A DNA stretch of 64,000 nucleotides from positions 1,638,917 to 1,702,916 of the forward strand of contig MU058418.1 in the NCBI GenBank assembly GCA_013265495.1. Reading direction: 5' to 3'. Positions within the stretch are counted from its first letter, which is position 1. Each line of letters begins with the position of its first letter. The notes below the pieces were generated by a model. That model saw only the letters and a program-made list of their open reading frames with translations, was not told the DNA's origin and did no database searches. This document shows positions 23,690 to 35,953 of this stretch, in pieces. A program made the translations under genes and the position numbers. Source of the DNA: Vicugna vicugna. Its lineage: Eukaryota.

Positions 23690-24762
23690 AAATTGGAGAA
23701 AAATTATTCTTTATTGAAAAATACCAATAATACTGACAGACTTCAAAAGCAATTCACGCTTCCAGAATACAAAGTACTTAATACATTTTTTTCAAGCCTG
23801 TTTGCATTTCAAAGTTAGCATCTTTGTAAATCAATTTGATAACTTGACTAAAAATATTTTCCAGCTTTATAATTGAAGGAGCTGCACAACCTTTGAAGTG
23901 GGGACCATGAGGTGGGCAGGCACAGAATGCACCAGTCTACAGCAACATTTCCCATAACTTCGGTGCTGGAAACAAAAATACTGCACTAGACAGCCACCCT
24001 CCAGTGTCAGAGAATCTTGGGAAACAGCATATCAAAAGATAGCTGCCTTTTCTTAAAATTTACACATTTTCATTTAAGATTGCTTTAAAAAAAATCTTTA
24101 AGAATGCCACTGTAATTTAATGTCATCCAATAACTGAATTTTAAAAAAACAACTATAATGAAAGAAATGAACTGTTACCATCAAAATGGTCTTTGCTGGC
24201 TGTGAGTAATTAATTTTAGATGCAAAAAAATTAACACATATGCAAGTTTAATTTGAAACCACACAAATTATGTATGTAGGCTCAGATAGTAGCAGTGTTC
24301 ACTTTTATGACTAATAGCTTAACTGGAACAGCCACTCTATTCATTCCACCAGCAGGAATAGCAGCACCAATATCTAAAATTCTTTATGTATAAAAGCTTA
24401 CATCATCATTATCCAAGTCCCATTCTTTGCATGCTCCAATTCTTGTTATCTTATTTAACATAAAAGCAACAGAATTTGGAGAGTTACTATTTGCTGTATT
24501 AAAATAGTTATACAGCATCTTGTACTGTCAAAAAGCAAAATACTGTGAATAGCAGCCCTTCTTCACAGCTCTAAACTTGAAGCTGCCAAGCACTCACTGC
24601 TCGTGCCAGCAGTGGTATTTCCACAGTAAAATAGCAGAAACTAAAGGAATCATGGCACAATGGATTTCTGAATTCTTTTATCTACCATTGGTCCTGGGTA
24701 GTACCTTCCCCTTGTAGACTATCTCTGCTGATCATTCCATCATCTTTAATGGAGGAAAGGCA
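23690..24762 (-). other. SESN1: SESN1 3'UTR
   Basis: Sequence with no evident repeats between TGA and AATAAA; contains several miRNA seed matches. Confidence 0.7.
23710..23715 (-). promoter_or_regulatory. SESN1: SESN1 polyadenylation signal AATAAA
   Basis: TTTATT on + strand ~1.05 kb past the stop, with U-rich sequence downstream on the - strand. Confidence 0.7.
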
Positions 24763-24849
24763 TCAGGTCATATAGCGGGTAATGGCTCTCAGAGCATAAA
24801 GGAGTTCTGCTTGCATCCTAGCTTCTATAAGAAGCAGATTAACATGAAC
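24763..24849 (-). CDS. SESN1: SESN1 last coding exon ([28 protein letters not shown])
   Basis: attcag| acceptor, 87 nt, TGA at 24765-24763; canonical sestrin C-terminus. Confidence 0.96.
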   Translation of the reverse strand, partial: VHVNLLLIEARMQAELLYALRAITRYMT

Positions 24850-25405
24850 CTGAATATAAAACACAACATTATTTAAGATTATAAGCATTCAAAGTCAGTT
24901 TCTAAGGCATCTAATAAACACCAAAAATAAGTATATTTTTTTGTGTGCCACTAACTTAGAAGTCTTGGGTTTGTTGAACAGAACATCAATTTCTCAAAAC
25001 AAAAGTTACCTGATTTTTTTTTTTTTGGATAGATGTTTTGAGCTTACGTATATATTTGATCACATCTCTTCCTAAATGTTTGTTAGAATACCAACCTCCC
25101 CTGCTCCAAATCATCATGCAATAATTTCTATAAAGATGGTTTAAAGTCTGTCTTCTTTCTCCTAAGCAGTGACAGCCACTCCAGCATTTTGAAGACAGGC
25201 CAGCACACCTATTCTCCCTGCCTTTATTCTTTTACTTTAGCACCATAATGTTCCCCTCCAAGGAGTACCTGAGACAGCTGTCCTAGAATATTCTTCTCTG
25301 GGTTGACAGAGGTGAAGGAAAGGGTTTGAAAGCCATTAGATTAGGCGAAGGAGCATAAGGATCACTGCTAAGTTACAGAGTAAACAAGCTACAGTCAGTG
25401 CGTAC

Positions 25406-25550
25406 CTTCTCAGAGTGCTTGAACTGCCTCCAGAAGCTATCATACATTCTTTTGGTAACCTTTTCAGGAGTGCAAACAACAGTTTTGATATAAACTTTAA
25501 AGCTACGATCCAGTAGCTGGTTAATTTCACCATAGTCATAGTCGTCATAT
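25406..25550 (-). CDS. SESN1: SESN1 coding exon ([48 protein letters not shown])
   Basis: AG/GT bounded, 145 nt; contains the DD motif (GATOR2 binding in sestrins) and the HSE leucine-pocket segment. Confidence 0.96.
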
Positions 25551-26268
25551 CTGTTAAAAGACAAAGTGAGAATAATATTTTCCACGTACAGTCTATCTTC
25601 TTCTTACAAAAGTACATCAATAGTAAATGCTGGGTTCTTTTTCCCTCTTTGTGTAGGCAGCTGTCCCCCAAAATAACAGCTTTATAATGTTTAGTTGGGG
25701 GTGGATGAATGAGCATAAAGGGATAAGAATCAGAAACTAGGGAGATGAACAAAAAAACTGCTAGTGCCCAGGTAACTATACATTTACAATCATGAATAAG
25801 CAGCTACAGTGAGGAACAAATTCTGGAAACACTGTTTAAGTATTGCTGAAATTAAGAAATTAGCAAATTAATCAGACAATATTATTATTGGTACTATTGC
25901 ATGATGTATAATCTACTTCTCATGTTTCCAGGAGTTTCTAGGGTCAGATGAGAAAAAAATGGGGATGGGTTATCTCAGAGAGAAGAATGGTCAGTTTATT
26001 GATGGCCTCACACTGTCCACACTTAGGAGAGGCTGTTCTGCTTCAAGCCAAGATGGTCATAGGCACCAGTGTCTGCTCTGCCCCACGGGGTGATAATTTC
26101 TAGGACACCAAGGGACTGAAGTTTCCTATTCAGTTTTTAGTGAAAAAGGGAGAAAGCTCTTGCAAAGCTGGTCCTATACCCACTCAGGAGGCTAAAGTTA
26201 GTAGTCTGGCCACTGATAAAATGAATAGCAAGAGAAAGTCTGACTTTACATCTAAAATAATCAGAAAA

Positions 26269-26502
26269 CAAGGCAGGAGGACGTAGCTCAGTGGTAGAGC
26301 ATGCGCTTAGCATGCACAAGGTCCTGGGTACAATCCCCCCAGTGCCTCCATTAAAAAAATAAGTAAACCTAATTACCTTACCCCTGCCAAAAAAAACCAT
26401 GCACAAGGTCCTGAGTTCAATCCCCAGTGCCTCCATCAAAAAAAATAAGTACACCCACTCACCCCCCCACCAAAAAAAAAGAAAAACGAACAAAAAGAAA
26501 AC
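26269..26502 (+). mobile_element. Vic-1-like SINE head-to-tail dimer
   Basis: Full monomer ~26273-26397 plus 5'-truncated monomer ~26398-26502; TSD AAAATAATCAGAAAA at 26254-26268 and 26503-26517. Confidence 0.82.
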
Positions 26503-27037
26503 AAAATAATCAGAAAATACTATAGCATAGAGTTTGGGTGTGTTTGCTAGAACGTGGTACATCATGGCTGCATTTCCTATATAGCATAATAATGTCTTGG
26601 TACCTAACAGGATATGAAAGTTGTGCATTTTGATGAAGTAGCATGGGAGAAGATGCTCTTCAGAAGAGCACTGTAAGACTGCTAAGTTCTAAGGGGTAGA
26701 AATATGAGTGTGTCGGGAGATAGAGGATGATACTATGCACGTCTGGAGACAAACTCTGCCTCTGCTTGTCTGTGCTCTTGGACCAGCTTGCTTGCCCTCC
26801 CCTTCCCTGGAGGCATCTGTTATTTAACTTTTGTCAACGTCCTTAACTCTCCCTAGCTAGGAGAGAGGAAATACCACGCTACAATAAATCAATTTTTTGA
26901 AGCGTAAGAAATAAGATATTGGGGAGGGGATGGTTTTGAGTATATTAGTATGGGTTTCTGTGTGTATGTGTTCAAAGCATCTGAATAATTTAGCCTGAAG
27001 GAAAACATCTCTTTATAATATGAGAAAACAGACTAAC

Positions 27038-27228
27038 CTTATTCCAAACATGCAGTGAATATAGTTCCAAATAGCCCGTCTGAGCATTGAGGTATCAACA
27101 TCTTTGTGCATTGCCATTGTATTATAAGTAAGATTGTAAGCAATGTGAAATTTTTCATCAATCAACTGTCCCACATCTGGATAAAGACGATTTACCAAAG
27201 AATAACCATGGTCTTCCCAACAATAGTC
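27038..27228 (-). CDS. SESN1: SESN1 coding exon ([20 protein letters not shown]...[10 protein letters not shown])
   Basis: tttag| acceptor, |gttagt donor, 191 nt; ORF 27013..27198. Confidence 0.96.
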
Positions 27229-29367
27229 CTAAATACAGAGAAAAGAACAAATATGATTAAAACGGGGCCAAGTACAGTTCTACATCTATTGCTCTGCAGT
27301 GCAGTGAGATTACTGACAGTTGAAATCCACTGCTTTTCTAGTACATCCCTAGCTCTCAGCTTCAGCAGCACTCCATGTTTTCAATTTCTATACTGCAACA
27401 TGAAAAAGTATGTTTCATAACTGAGCAAGTTTAAAAACCAATGGAATCCCTTTTCTTTACAAAAAGACCACCCATCTTCAGCTTTTTCTCTTTCACTGTC
27501 TTCCCAGTCAGCCTCCAGAAGTGACCCATCTCAGGAGACCTCTCTCCTTTTCCATTGCTACAGGCATTCAGATGGTTCTCATATTTTGTAGATTTTTAAT
27601 TCAGCATATCCATCACTTATTCCTTTTCTTCCTACCCCCTCTGACTCTCAGCCCTACTAAATCTCCTAATTAGTTTTCCTGCATGAAATCTCCCTGCTTC
27701 CTTTCTTTCCATGTCAAGCAAAACTTAGTAAGTGTCCAACTTCTATGTCTCCCATATTTATTTCCCTAAAACATCTCTGATATTATGCTATCATCACTGT
27801 GGTCAAAACCTATAAATCTAATCAATTTTAAACTAACTTCCCACTAATTAGAAAAATCCTTTGCTTGAAGCTCTCAGCAGCCCAGCCAGTTTATGATCCT
27901 TTCCCTCACTTTGTCCCTCAACCTAAACTCAAGATTGCCGAGAGTCTCCTTTGCTTACAATACCCGTGTTTTAAAGCCACTCAAATCCTCAAATCTCTCA
28001 AATCTTAATCTCTCTCCGTAAAATATCCAGCCCACATGACCTCTTCAACTGAATTCTATTTCCTGACATAATTTCACTATCAAGTAAAATATTCTAGAAC
28101 TCTGCCTTATGGCTAATTTTAGTTCCTTAAACAAAGAAGAAAAAAATCTCATAGCTCTCAAATATTTTCATAATTCTGGTAAAATAATTATTACTTAATA
28201 CTCGCCCCCTCACAATAATTGGGAAAGTAGGGACTATCAATTCATGTGAATTATATATTTACCTTTCTAAATTAAATATATATAACAGATTGTTTAAGAA
28301 ATACATATAAACTTTAGTGTGTTTCTACTATGATTTGGAAGCAGTCATAAAACTATAGTACAGAATAGATAAATATTTCTCAATTTATGATTCTCAACTT
28401 TTATTTTAGAACTAATACAGCTACCATTGCTCCTGAGATATAGTTGCAAATCACTTAGCACAGTTTCCTGCCAAAGCACAAACAGAGAAGGAGCCTGGTA
28501 TCCTGGAGGATCACTTGGTCCCTAAGTTTCCATGGACTCAATATATACAGAATTGTACTGGGGAAGTTTTACTGTATATTTTAAAGTTAATGATCTACGA
28601 GCTAGTGAAATTGGGTCTACCAATAATAATTCTACTCCCTACATCACAAACTTTATTAACTGAAGAGACAGGTGTTAAGTAATTTTGGAATAACATTTAT
28701 TTATGTGAATCCTCATCAAGGTTTAAATTTGAAACCCTCAAAAATTCTATTGCTTCAAATAACATTCAGTTCAAATTTTAAAGGGAATTAGGATACTGTC
28801 ATCTTCGTGATTTATTTTCTATGGTATCTGTAATAAATCACCCAAATTAAAATAAAAATTAAAAATTTGCTGTCCCTAAAAGTCCTAATTTAAGCATATC
28901 TTTCTTTGATTTTCTCATCCTTTTTTCCTCCACCCACACACACATAATGCTTGAGGTGTGAGGACATTTCTCTTGTCACTCAGGCCTGGTGCATATCAGG
29001 GCGGAAATTGCCTCACTTTAACACTGGGGCTCAGTAAGAAAGGGGGAGAAAAAAAAACAATGTTATAAATGTTTGGTTCAAATATAATTATTATGTATTA
29101 TTTAGCTATATTAAGAACTTTGAGCTTTTGCATACCATCTGGGAACCTAAAACTACTGTAAATTCTATTCTATGGATGAATGTGTTTTGAATTCTGAGCA
29201 ACTGATTTATGAACTTTAACAATAAATACACCTAACAGAATTGCCTGTACATATAGTTACTTCTTTCTGCAACACTTTCTAGTTCTCAAATGCAGGCGGC
29301 TCTTCCTTATTTTAAATCAGACAGATATTTCTAACCAATCAAGTACATAAACAAGTTGCCTTTTTAC

Positions 29368-29480
29368 CTGGACTCGAAATGTTGGGACGTGCATCCCATG
29401 CCTAGAGAAATCCTTATAGCCATAACTAGTGTCCTCAAAATGACGAGATACGTCTCTTGCTGGTGTAGCTTCTTCGTCAT
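29368..29480 (-). CDS. SESN1: SESN1 coding exon ([38 protein letters not shown])
   Basis: tttcag| acceptor, |gtaaaa donor, 113 nt, frame consistent. Confidence 0.95.
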
Positions 29481-30723
29481 CTGAAATAATTTTTTAAAAA
29501 AAAGCCACTGAAAGCTTTTCAAAAGCAGGATGCCAGTTAAAATTCATTTTACCTATAACAAGTAAAAACAGGATAACCCTTTCTCTGACATTGAGTAACC
29601 AATATCACTAAAATAAAGTCTTAAAACTATAAAGAGAAGTAGCTTACTTACTAGTAAATGGAATATAACAAAAGGATCCTCTGTTATAAAAAAGTACTCA
29701 ATGGTTGAATTTCCTATGCTTTTCATTCTTCTCTTTTATGGACCCCCTTCTCCCTCTGTGTCCTTACTCCGGCTTATACATATTAGGTTCTACTTAAAAG
29801 TAAGTACTCCAAGTATGAACACCCTTTTGAATAATCTTTATGGTGATAACAAATCAGCTGTGCTCTACACTTTAGCACTTGGACTATTTCTGGTTGAATA
29901 TTAATGTCATACAATACATAAAATGATCTCTTTAACAGCTCAAAGGTCCTAGAAACAATTCTACAATGATGAATGAAGGAAAGGCTCTGTGTGTCATCAT
30001 TTTTACAATGTTTCCTGCACTGTTCTAAGCCTTTTTGGATTATCTTCATGTTTAGGAGTTGATGAGATTATATTTTCAAGTAAATAGAATCAAAAACTTC
30101 TCCTCAAGGGAAAACAAGCTAACATCCAACCTCCATTTATACAAACTTGATTTTTCCTTTGCTATTAAGAAATTTGGTGCTTTTAACACACATACTCTTT
30201 CCCCCACTGTATTATCATCAAAATACATTTTGAGATACTTCATTAACTTTTTTTCCTTTAAATTATCTGGTTTACATATTAAATCCTATAGCCCACATAT
30301 AAAGGCCAAACATAAAGGACTTAGGTGGTTGTTAGTTGTTTAATAAATAGCTCCTTTTCACAAATCATAGAATTTTATAGCTGGACTCAATATCAGGCCG
30401 AATGGAACTTCCTCATTTTAAAGTAGAGAAAAAAGGGAGCACTCAGGGTTAAATGACTTACATTTACAGAGCTTGCTAGCAGTGATTTTAGTACTAGAAC
30501 GCAAATCACATGTCCTTTCTCTTAGTCTAGTGCTGTTTTCACTGTAACTTCCTTTTCTAGGCTGTCTGACTTATAAGTAGGAATATTTGTGCAATAGCTT
30601 CCCTAAAAGGAAAGACATATTTGGATTGATATTTTAAAACTTTTAAATTCTCTTAAGTAAAAAAGTTGGGCTCTTTTTTGTAAGCAATAAAATTTTTATT
30701 GACTCTGTAATGGTTGCTTTTAC

Positions 30724-30871
30724 CTGAAGAGAAAACAAACATGCTCTCTCTTTTTTCTATTTCAAAACGTGAAGCCATCTCTTCTTGACTTGCCTCCTCT
30801 TCATCCCGACACTCCTGTAACTGTCTCATCTTTTCCATGAGGGCTTCGACCTCAAAGAAGGAATCACTTAC
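30724..30871 (-). CDS. SESN1: SESN1 coding exon ([49 protein letters not shown])
   Basis: cttcag| acceptor, |gtaaaa donor, 148 nt; ORF 30653..30910. Confidence 0.95.
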
Positions 30872-31246
30872 CTGAAGAAAAGTGTAATTAACATTACACA
30901 TGTCAGACATGGGACGACATTCTTGAATTATCTTTTATAGATCTTATAATTTTAATGCACATGAATGAATCAAAAACAATTATTTTGGCCTATTACATAC
31001 ACAGATATGCAAAATTTAAAATATAAGAAAAATTATTTTAAGAGCACATTCTAGTGTTTTACCTTTTAAAATTAGTGATAACGTCAACTGTTAGTGCTAA
31101 GTTTTAAAAATTAACATTACTTGTTAATTTAGAACAGAACTGAATATTTAAAAGTTAAACTTTTACTTGTTCAATTAGTTAAATAAGATACACAAAGTAT
31201 AAATGATTTTGCATCAACTGTGTACACTGGGCAGATTGTCAATATA

Positions 31247-31460
31247 CAGGCATACCTCAGATATATTGTGGTTTCAGTTGCAGACCACTGCAATAAAGTG
31301 AATATCGCGACAAAGCGAGTCACATGAATGTTTTGGTTTCCCAGTGCATGTAAGTTACATTTACACTATACTGTAGGCTATTAAGTGAGCAATAATAGCA
31401 TTATGTCTAAAAAAAAGGACATACCTTAATTTAAAAATATTTATTGCTAAAAAATGCTCA
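31247..31460 (-). mobile_element. Tigger1-type (TcMar) DNA transposon terminal fragment
   Basis: TA|CAGGCATACCTC terminal repeat followed by CAGACCACTGCAATAAAG...GAGTCAC...TTTTGGTTTCCCAGTGCAT. Confidence 0.8.
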
Positions 31461-31817
31461 ACAGCTAGGAATAGGGAGCTTATCTACTAGAGAAATTTAA
31501 AAAAATTCTATCATTTCTCTAGTCTCTCATTTAGTGGAAGGATAATTAGAAGCAGTACTTTTTCTTTAGCCCTGTACTAAAAGGTGGGGAAGGACAACAA
31601 TCCAACCCTAAGCATCCTAGCAACTGATATATTCTCCCTTACACTATTTCATAACCTCTAAGCTTTGATAAATAATCAGTGGCCATACATAGGACTATAA
31701 CATGAAACCTGATAGCTCAACAGAGGGTTGTCAGCACAGTGCAGCGATCTGCCTTGGGAGAATGAGTCTCCTTCCTGTGCTGATCTCACCATGTGTAAAT
31801 GCTATCTCATCTTTTTT

Positions 31818-31831
31818 TATTATTATTATTA

Positions 31832-31867
<36 letters not shown>

Positions 31868-31868
31868 T
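31818..31868. repeat. (TAT)n microsatellite
   Basis: Direct reading, with one interruption. Confidence 0.95.
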
Positions 31869-31884
31869 TACCATGCAACAAAAC

Positions 31885-32070
31885 CTGATAAATGCCAAGC
31901 ACTGTACTAGGCCTTTTACTGCTTTAGAGACATTTCATTTAAACTTCACAATAACCTTGTGTTTGACCTTAATTTAGAAATGAAAGAATGGAGGCTCAGA
32001 GAGGTTAGATAACTTGCCAGCAGTCAAATATGTTAAGTTAAAGTCAAGTATATAAATTCAACCTGTCTAA
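31885..32070 (-). mobile_element. MIR SINE
   Basis: GGAGGCTCAGAGAGGTTAGATAACTTGCC core. Confidence 0.6.
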
Positions 32071-32816
32071 ATCTGTTTCAAAGGAATAATACAACTGAGA
32101 ACATCTGTGCAAAGTATTCAGGAGGCTCTGATGTTGTTTCTGTGATTTCTCTTTGGAAACATAAACCCCTGCTCTTTCACTACAGTGAAAGAATGCAGAG
32201 GGAATTTTGATTAATCATATATAGGAATTAAAATTTGCTTATTGAAAATTCAACTCATTCTGATCTATTTCAAAGGAGTAACAAAACTGAAAAAATATAA
32301 AAGCCAGAGGAAAGGAATAGAGGTGAAAGTATTTAAGTAAATTTATATTTACTTTTATATACATTTGTGAGATGGTAAACATGAAAAAGTATTTTAAAGG
32401 GAGAAATTTCCAGGTCAAGCCTGATTAAATCTTCTGAAACATAAACAATTAAGAGGTCAGCCTGTTTCTTTTGCGCAAAAGGGAAGAAAAAGCTGTGATC
32501 AGTATCAGGAAGTTTCTACTACCAAGTTCCACTGTTCTCAGCCACCTCTCATTTCACGCAGTAGCCATTCAATACTAGCTCCAGTGGCTTCTGATCCTAA
32601 AATCGAGGGTCTTATAATTTTGTATATCCCTTAGCATCAGACTAGTGCTGGGCATTTGAAGGCAGTCAATAAATACCTGCTGGATGTACAGGTTTGGGGG
32701 ACTAGTATCTCTCTGGACCTGGTGGATTTTCTAAGGAGCCAAATGAAGAAATAATATAACAGCAATTACTATGATTAGTCTTATAATGATCATATAACAA
32801 ATAATAGATAACTTAC

Positions 32817-33059
32817 CGAAACATTTCCTGCTGAGTTGACCTGCATCTCATCCACACTGTGATTGCCATTTGTAATGTCACAGAAGCAGTAGTTACTAAC
32901 AGAAGGAGGTCTGAACGTGTGGCCACCATCACAATGAATTTCTGGACTGATTCCACAGCCAAATGTGAACGAGGCAAGAGAATGATAGTGTGTGAGTAGA
33001 ACTACTGCATGTACCAGTTCTGCAAGGGACCAGCTGTGCTCTTCAGCTTTTAAAAGTCC
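32817..33059 (-). CDS. SESN1: SESN1 coding exon ([36 protein letters not shown]...QVNSAGNVS)
   Basis: ccaag| acceptor, |gtaagt donor, 243 nt phase 0-0, open frame translated by hand. Confidence 0.96.
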
Positions 33060-33913
33060 CTTGGGGGAAAAAAATGAGAATATATTTTTATACTGGGGTA
33101 TGGTGTTGGTGAAAGAATATAGTTCACCTTGGTATTTAATCTACTGAAAACAGGATTAGTTACTGTATAAAACTTATGAAATTACAATTTGAGACATGTA
33201 GAACCCAGAATTTGCTAATTTAATTTTTATGAATATGTATTCATAAGTAGAGCTTAACATAATCTGACAATGACACATTCATTTTTATTTTGACTTTCTG
33301 AAAATCCTGATTTAAAAATGTAATAGAATACATTTTGTTTAAAAGCAGTTGCCATATTTCAGATGATGGTTTATGCTACATTAGCGATGCTGTTAGTTCA
33401 AAGTCTCAAACCAAATGTAATAAATTTGTGTTTCAAGTGGAAGCTACTGTGTAAAATATGCCTGTGTTTTTCTGTATTATCAGGGCTCCTCAGGAATTTT
33501 TAAGATAGTAGTTTGAACAACTTGGCTCTGAATATTCCTAAGTCATCAAATTATACTTATTTTTAAAATTATACTCAAGGTAAAGTCTACAGTTCTTCAA
33601 AGTCTTACAAATTTGTGTCCCTTCTGCTTCTTTATAATCTTGTATAATTTGCATTACTATACAATATAACAGACATTGCATTAATCATATTGAAATCTTA
33701 TATCTCCTTGATAGTAAGATATTCCAAATACATAATAGGATCTAAAATGTTCTATAAGGAAGACAAGACCAAAAATATGTTGTATTTTTAAGAATTTCTA
33801 CTGCATGGTAGACACCTTTAGAGAATGTCAATCTATTTTTATTTGATTATCTTTATTAATAAATAGAATCAGAAGAAACTAGTTTAAGATGGTATTTTAT
33901 AAAGATACACAAT

Positions 33914-34757
33914 AAGATACCACTTCACATCTATCAGTATGGCTAAAATCCAAAACACTGATAATACCAAATGCTACCAAGGATGTGGGAGATCATAGTG
34001 GTACAGCCACTTTGGAAGACAGTTTCACAGTTTCTTACAAAGCTGAATACAAGCTTACCATATGATCCAGTAACCATACTTCTAGTTATTTACTCAAATG
34101 AGTTGAAAACTTATGTTCATCAAAAACCCTGCATGTGAATGTTTGTAGATGCTTTATTCGTAATTGCCCAAACTGGAAGTAACCAAGATATCCTTCACTA
34201 GGTGAATGGATAAACAAACTGGTACACCTGTACACTGGCATATTAATTCAGCAATAAAAAGAAATGAGCTATCAAGCCATGAAAAGTCATGGAGAAACCT
34301 TAAATGCATACTGATAAATAAGATAAGCTAGTCTGAAAAGCTATATACTGTATGGATTCCAACTATATGACATTTGGAAAAGGCAAAACTATAGAGACAG
34401 TAAAAAGAGTAGTAGTTTTGGGGGAAGGCGAGAAACAAACAGAGTGACATAGGGAGTTTTTAGAGAAGTTAAACTATTTTGTATGATACTGTAATGGTGG
34501 ATAACATGACATTATGCATTTGTCAAAATCCGCAGAACTGTACAACACAGCGAGTGAACCCTAATGTAAATTATAGACTTTAGTGATTCATCAGTTACTG
34601 CAAATGTACTATACTAATGCTAGACATTAATAACAGGAGAACATGTGTGTGGCGAGAGTAGAGGATTGAGGAAGGTAGAATATGGGAACTCTGTACTTTC
34701 TGGGCCATTTTTCTGTAAACTTAAAACTGCTCTAAAAAATAGTCTATTTAAAAAAAT
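33914..34757 (+). mobile_element. L1 (L1MC-like) 3' fragment
   Basis: AGATACCACTTCACA...GGTACAGCCACTTTGGAAGACAG...AAAACTGCTCTAAAAAATAGTCTATTT terminus, ending ~40 nt from a SESN1 donor. Confidence 0.8.
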
Positions 34758-34795
34758 TTTAAATGACACCCTAGATACATTAATTGTCTACTTAC

Positions 34796-34978
34796 CTCAA
34801 TGTGTTCTTTGGTAATAAGCCAAGGTCTGTGGGCTAACACTTTGTTAAGTTCTCCTAAATTCTGTAGTTTTTGAGGAGCATTCTCTAAACCATTAAGCCA
34901 CTTGGGGTCCCCACCAACGTGAAGGAAATCATTTACATGGAGGTTCACTAAGTAGGAGCACTGATGTCTTGCTGCAGC
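34796..34978 (-). CDS. SESN1: SESN1 coding exon ([30 protein letters not shown]...WLITKEHIE)
   Basis: AG/GT bounded, 183 nt; contains the conserved redox Cys, residue 130 of the assembled protein. Confidence 0.96.
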
Positions 34979-35211
34979 CTTGAGAGAAAACAAAAAGATT
35001 ATTCTAATTATAAATATTAAAATTTTGAACAACCACAAACCTTTTTTCTTTAAAATGTGCAACACAGCTAATTAAGTTTTTGGATAGTACATTTTCAAAT
35101 TCTTCATACAGTACAAAAATGAAGTTTTCATATAAACATTTAAAAATTCACATATACCATAGAAAGCACCTCAGAAATATTAACAAAATATCTGATAAAA
35201 GTATTTGTACT

Positions 35212-35342
35212 TGGGGGGAGGGTATAGCTCAAGTGGTAGAACACATGCTCAGCATGAATGAGGTCCTGGGTTCAATCCCCAGTATCTCCTCTAAAAATAA
35301 GTAAACAAATAAACCTAATTACCTCCCACCACCAAAGACAAC
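35212..35342 (+). mobile_element. Vic-1-like SINE
   Basis: GGGGAGGGTATAGCTCAAGTGGTAGA...GGTCCTGGGTTCAATCCCCAGT; TSD AAAGTATTTG(T/A)ACT at 35198-35211 and 35343-35356. Confidence 0.85.
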
Positions 35343-35752
35343 AAAGTATTTGAACTGTAGAAAATTTTATTTATACACCAACTGTCAGAACCTCAGATTA
35401 AGAAGAAATTTCAAATAAGGTGCCAACCATAAAAGAATGGAATATTATTTATAAATTGAATATGAGTACCAGCACTTAGTCAATCTGAACTATTTGTAAT
35501 AGTGAAATAGGTCTTGTGTTCTACTTTATTCTCTTATTTAATAGAAAATGGTTTTCAGCAGAGTGTAAACACGTTTCTTTTTCTGTTATACTTGAGAGCA
35601 TACTTATTTAGAAAGAGAAAAAACAGATACTACCTAACAGGAATGCAATATTAGAAGTTAGAAATATTTATTCCTGTGTTTGAAGTATTAACCATCTCTT
35701 AAAAAGATTAATAAAGCAGGCAGAAAGAATTTTTCATTGAATGTTTACAAAC

Positions 35753-35953
35753 CATTATTCCAATGTAGTGCCGATAATGTAGGGGTAATGGCCCATCCAT
35801 TTGCAGTAGATAGTGTTGAGTTTTTAAGAAACTTTCTAAATATTGTGGGTGAAAAACCATCACTAATGTAATGTTATCCAGACGACCCAAAGCAGCAAAA
35901 GAATCTGCAAATAAAGTATGCATCTGTGCGTCTTCACTCCCTACTTGGAGAAT
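35753..35953 (-). CDS. SESN1: SESN1 coding exon ([27 protein letters not shown]...HYRHYIGIM)
   Basis: atacag| acceptor, |gtttgt donor, 201 nt; ORF 35708..36022. Confidence 0.96.

Noticed and set aside
31702..31977. ORFs with poly-Tyr/Ile/Leu tracts
   Set aside because: Translations of the (TAT)n microsatellite.
35214..35290. tRNA-like sequences with A and B boxes (also near 6660, 14490, 26275, 38900)
   Set aside because: They carry SINE bodies, A-rich tails and TSDs, so they are tRNA-derived SINEs, not tRNA genes.
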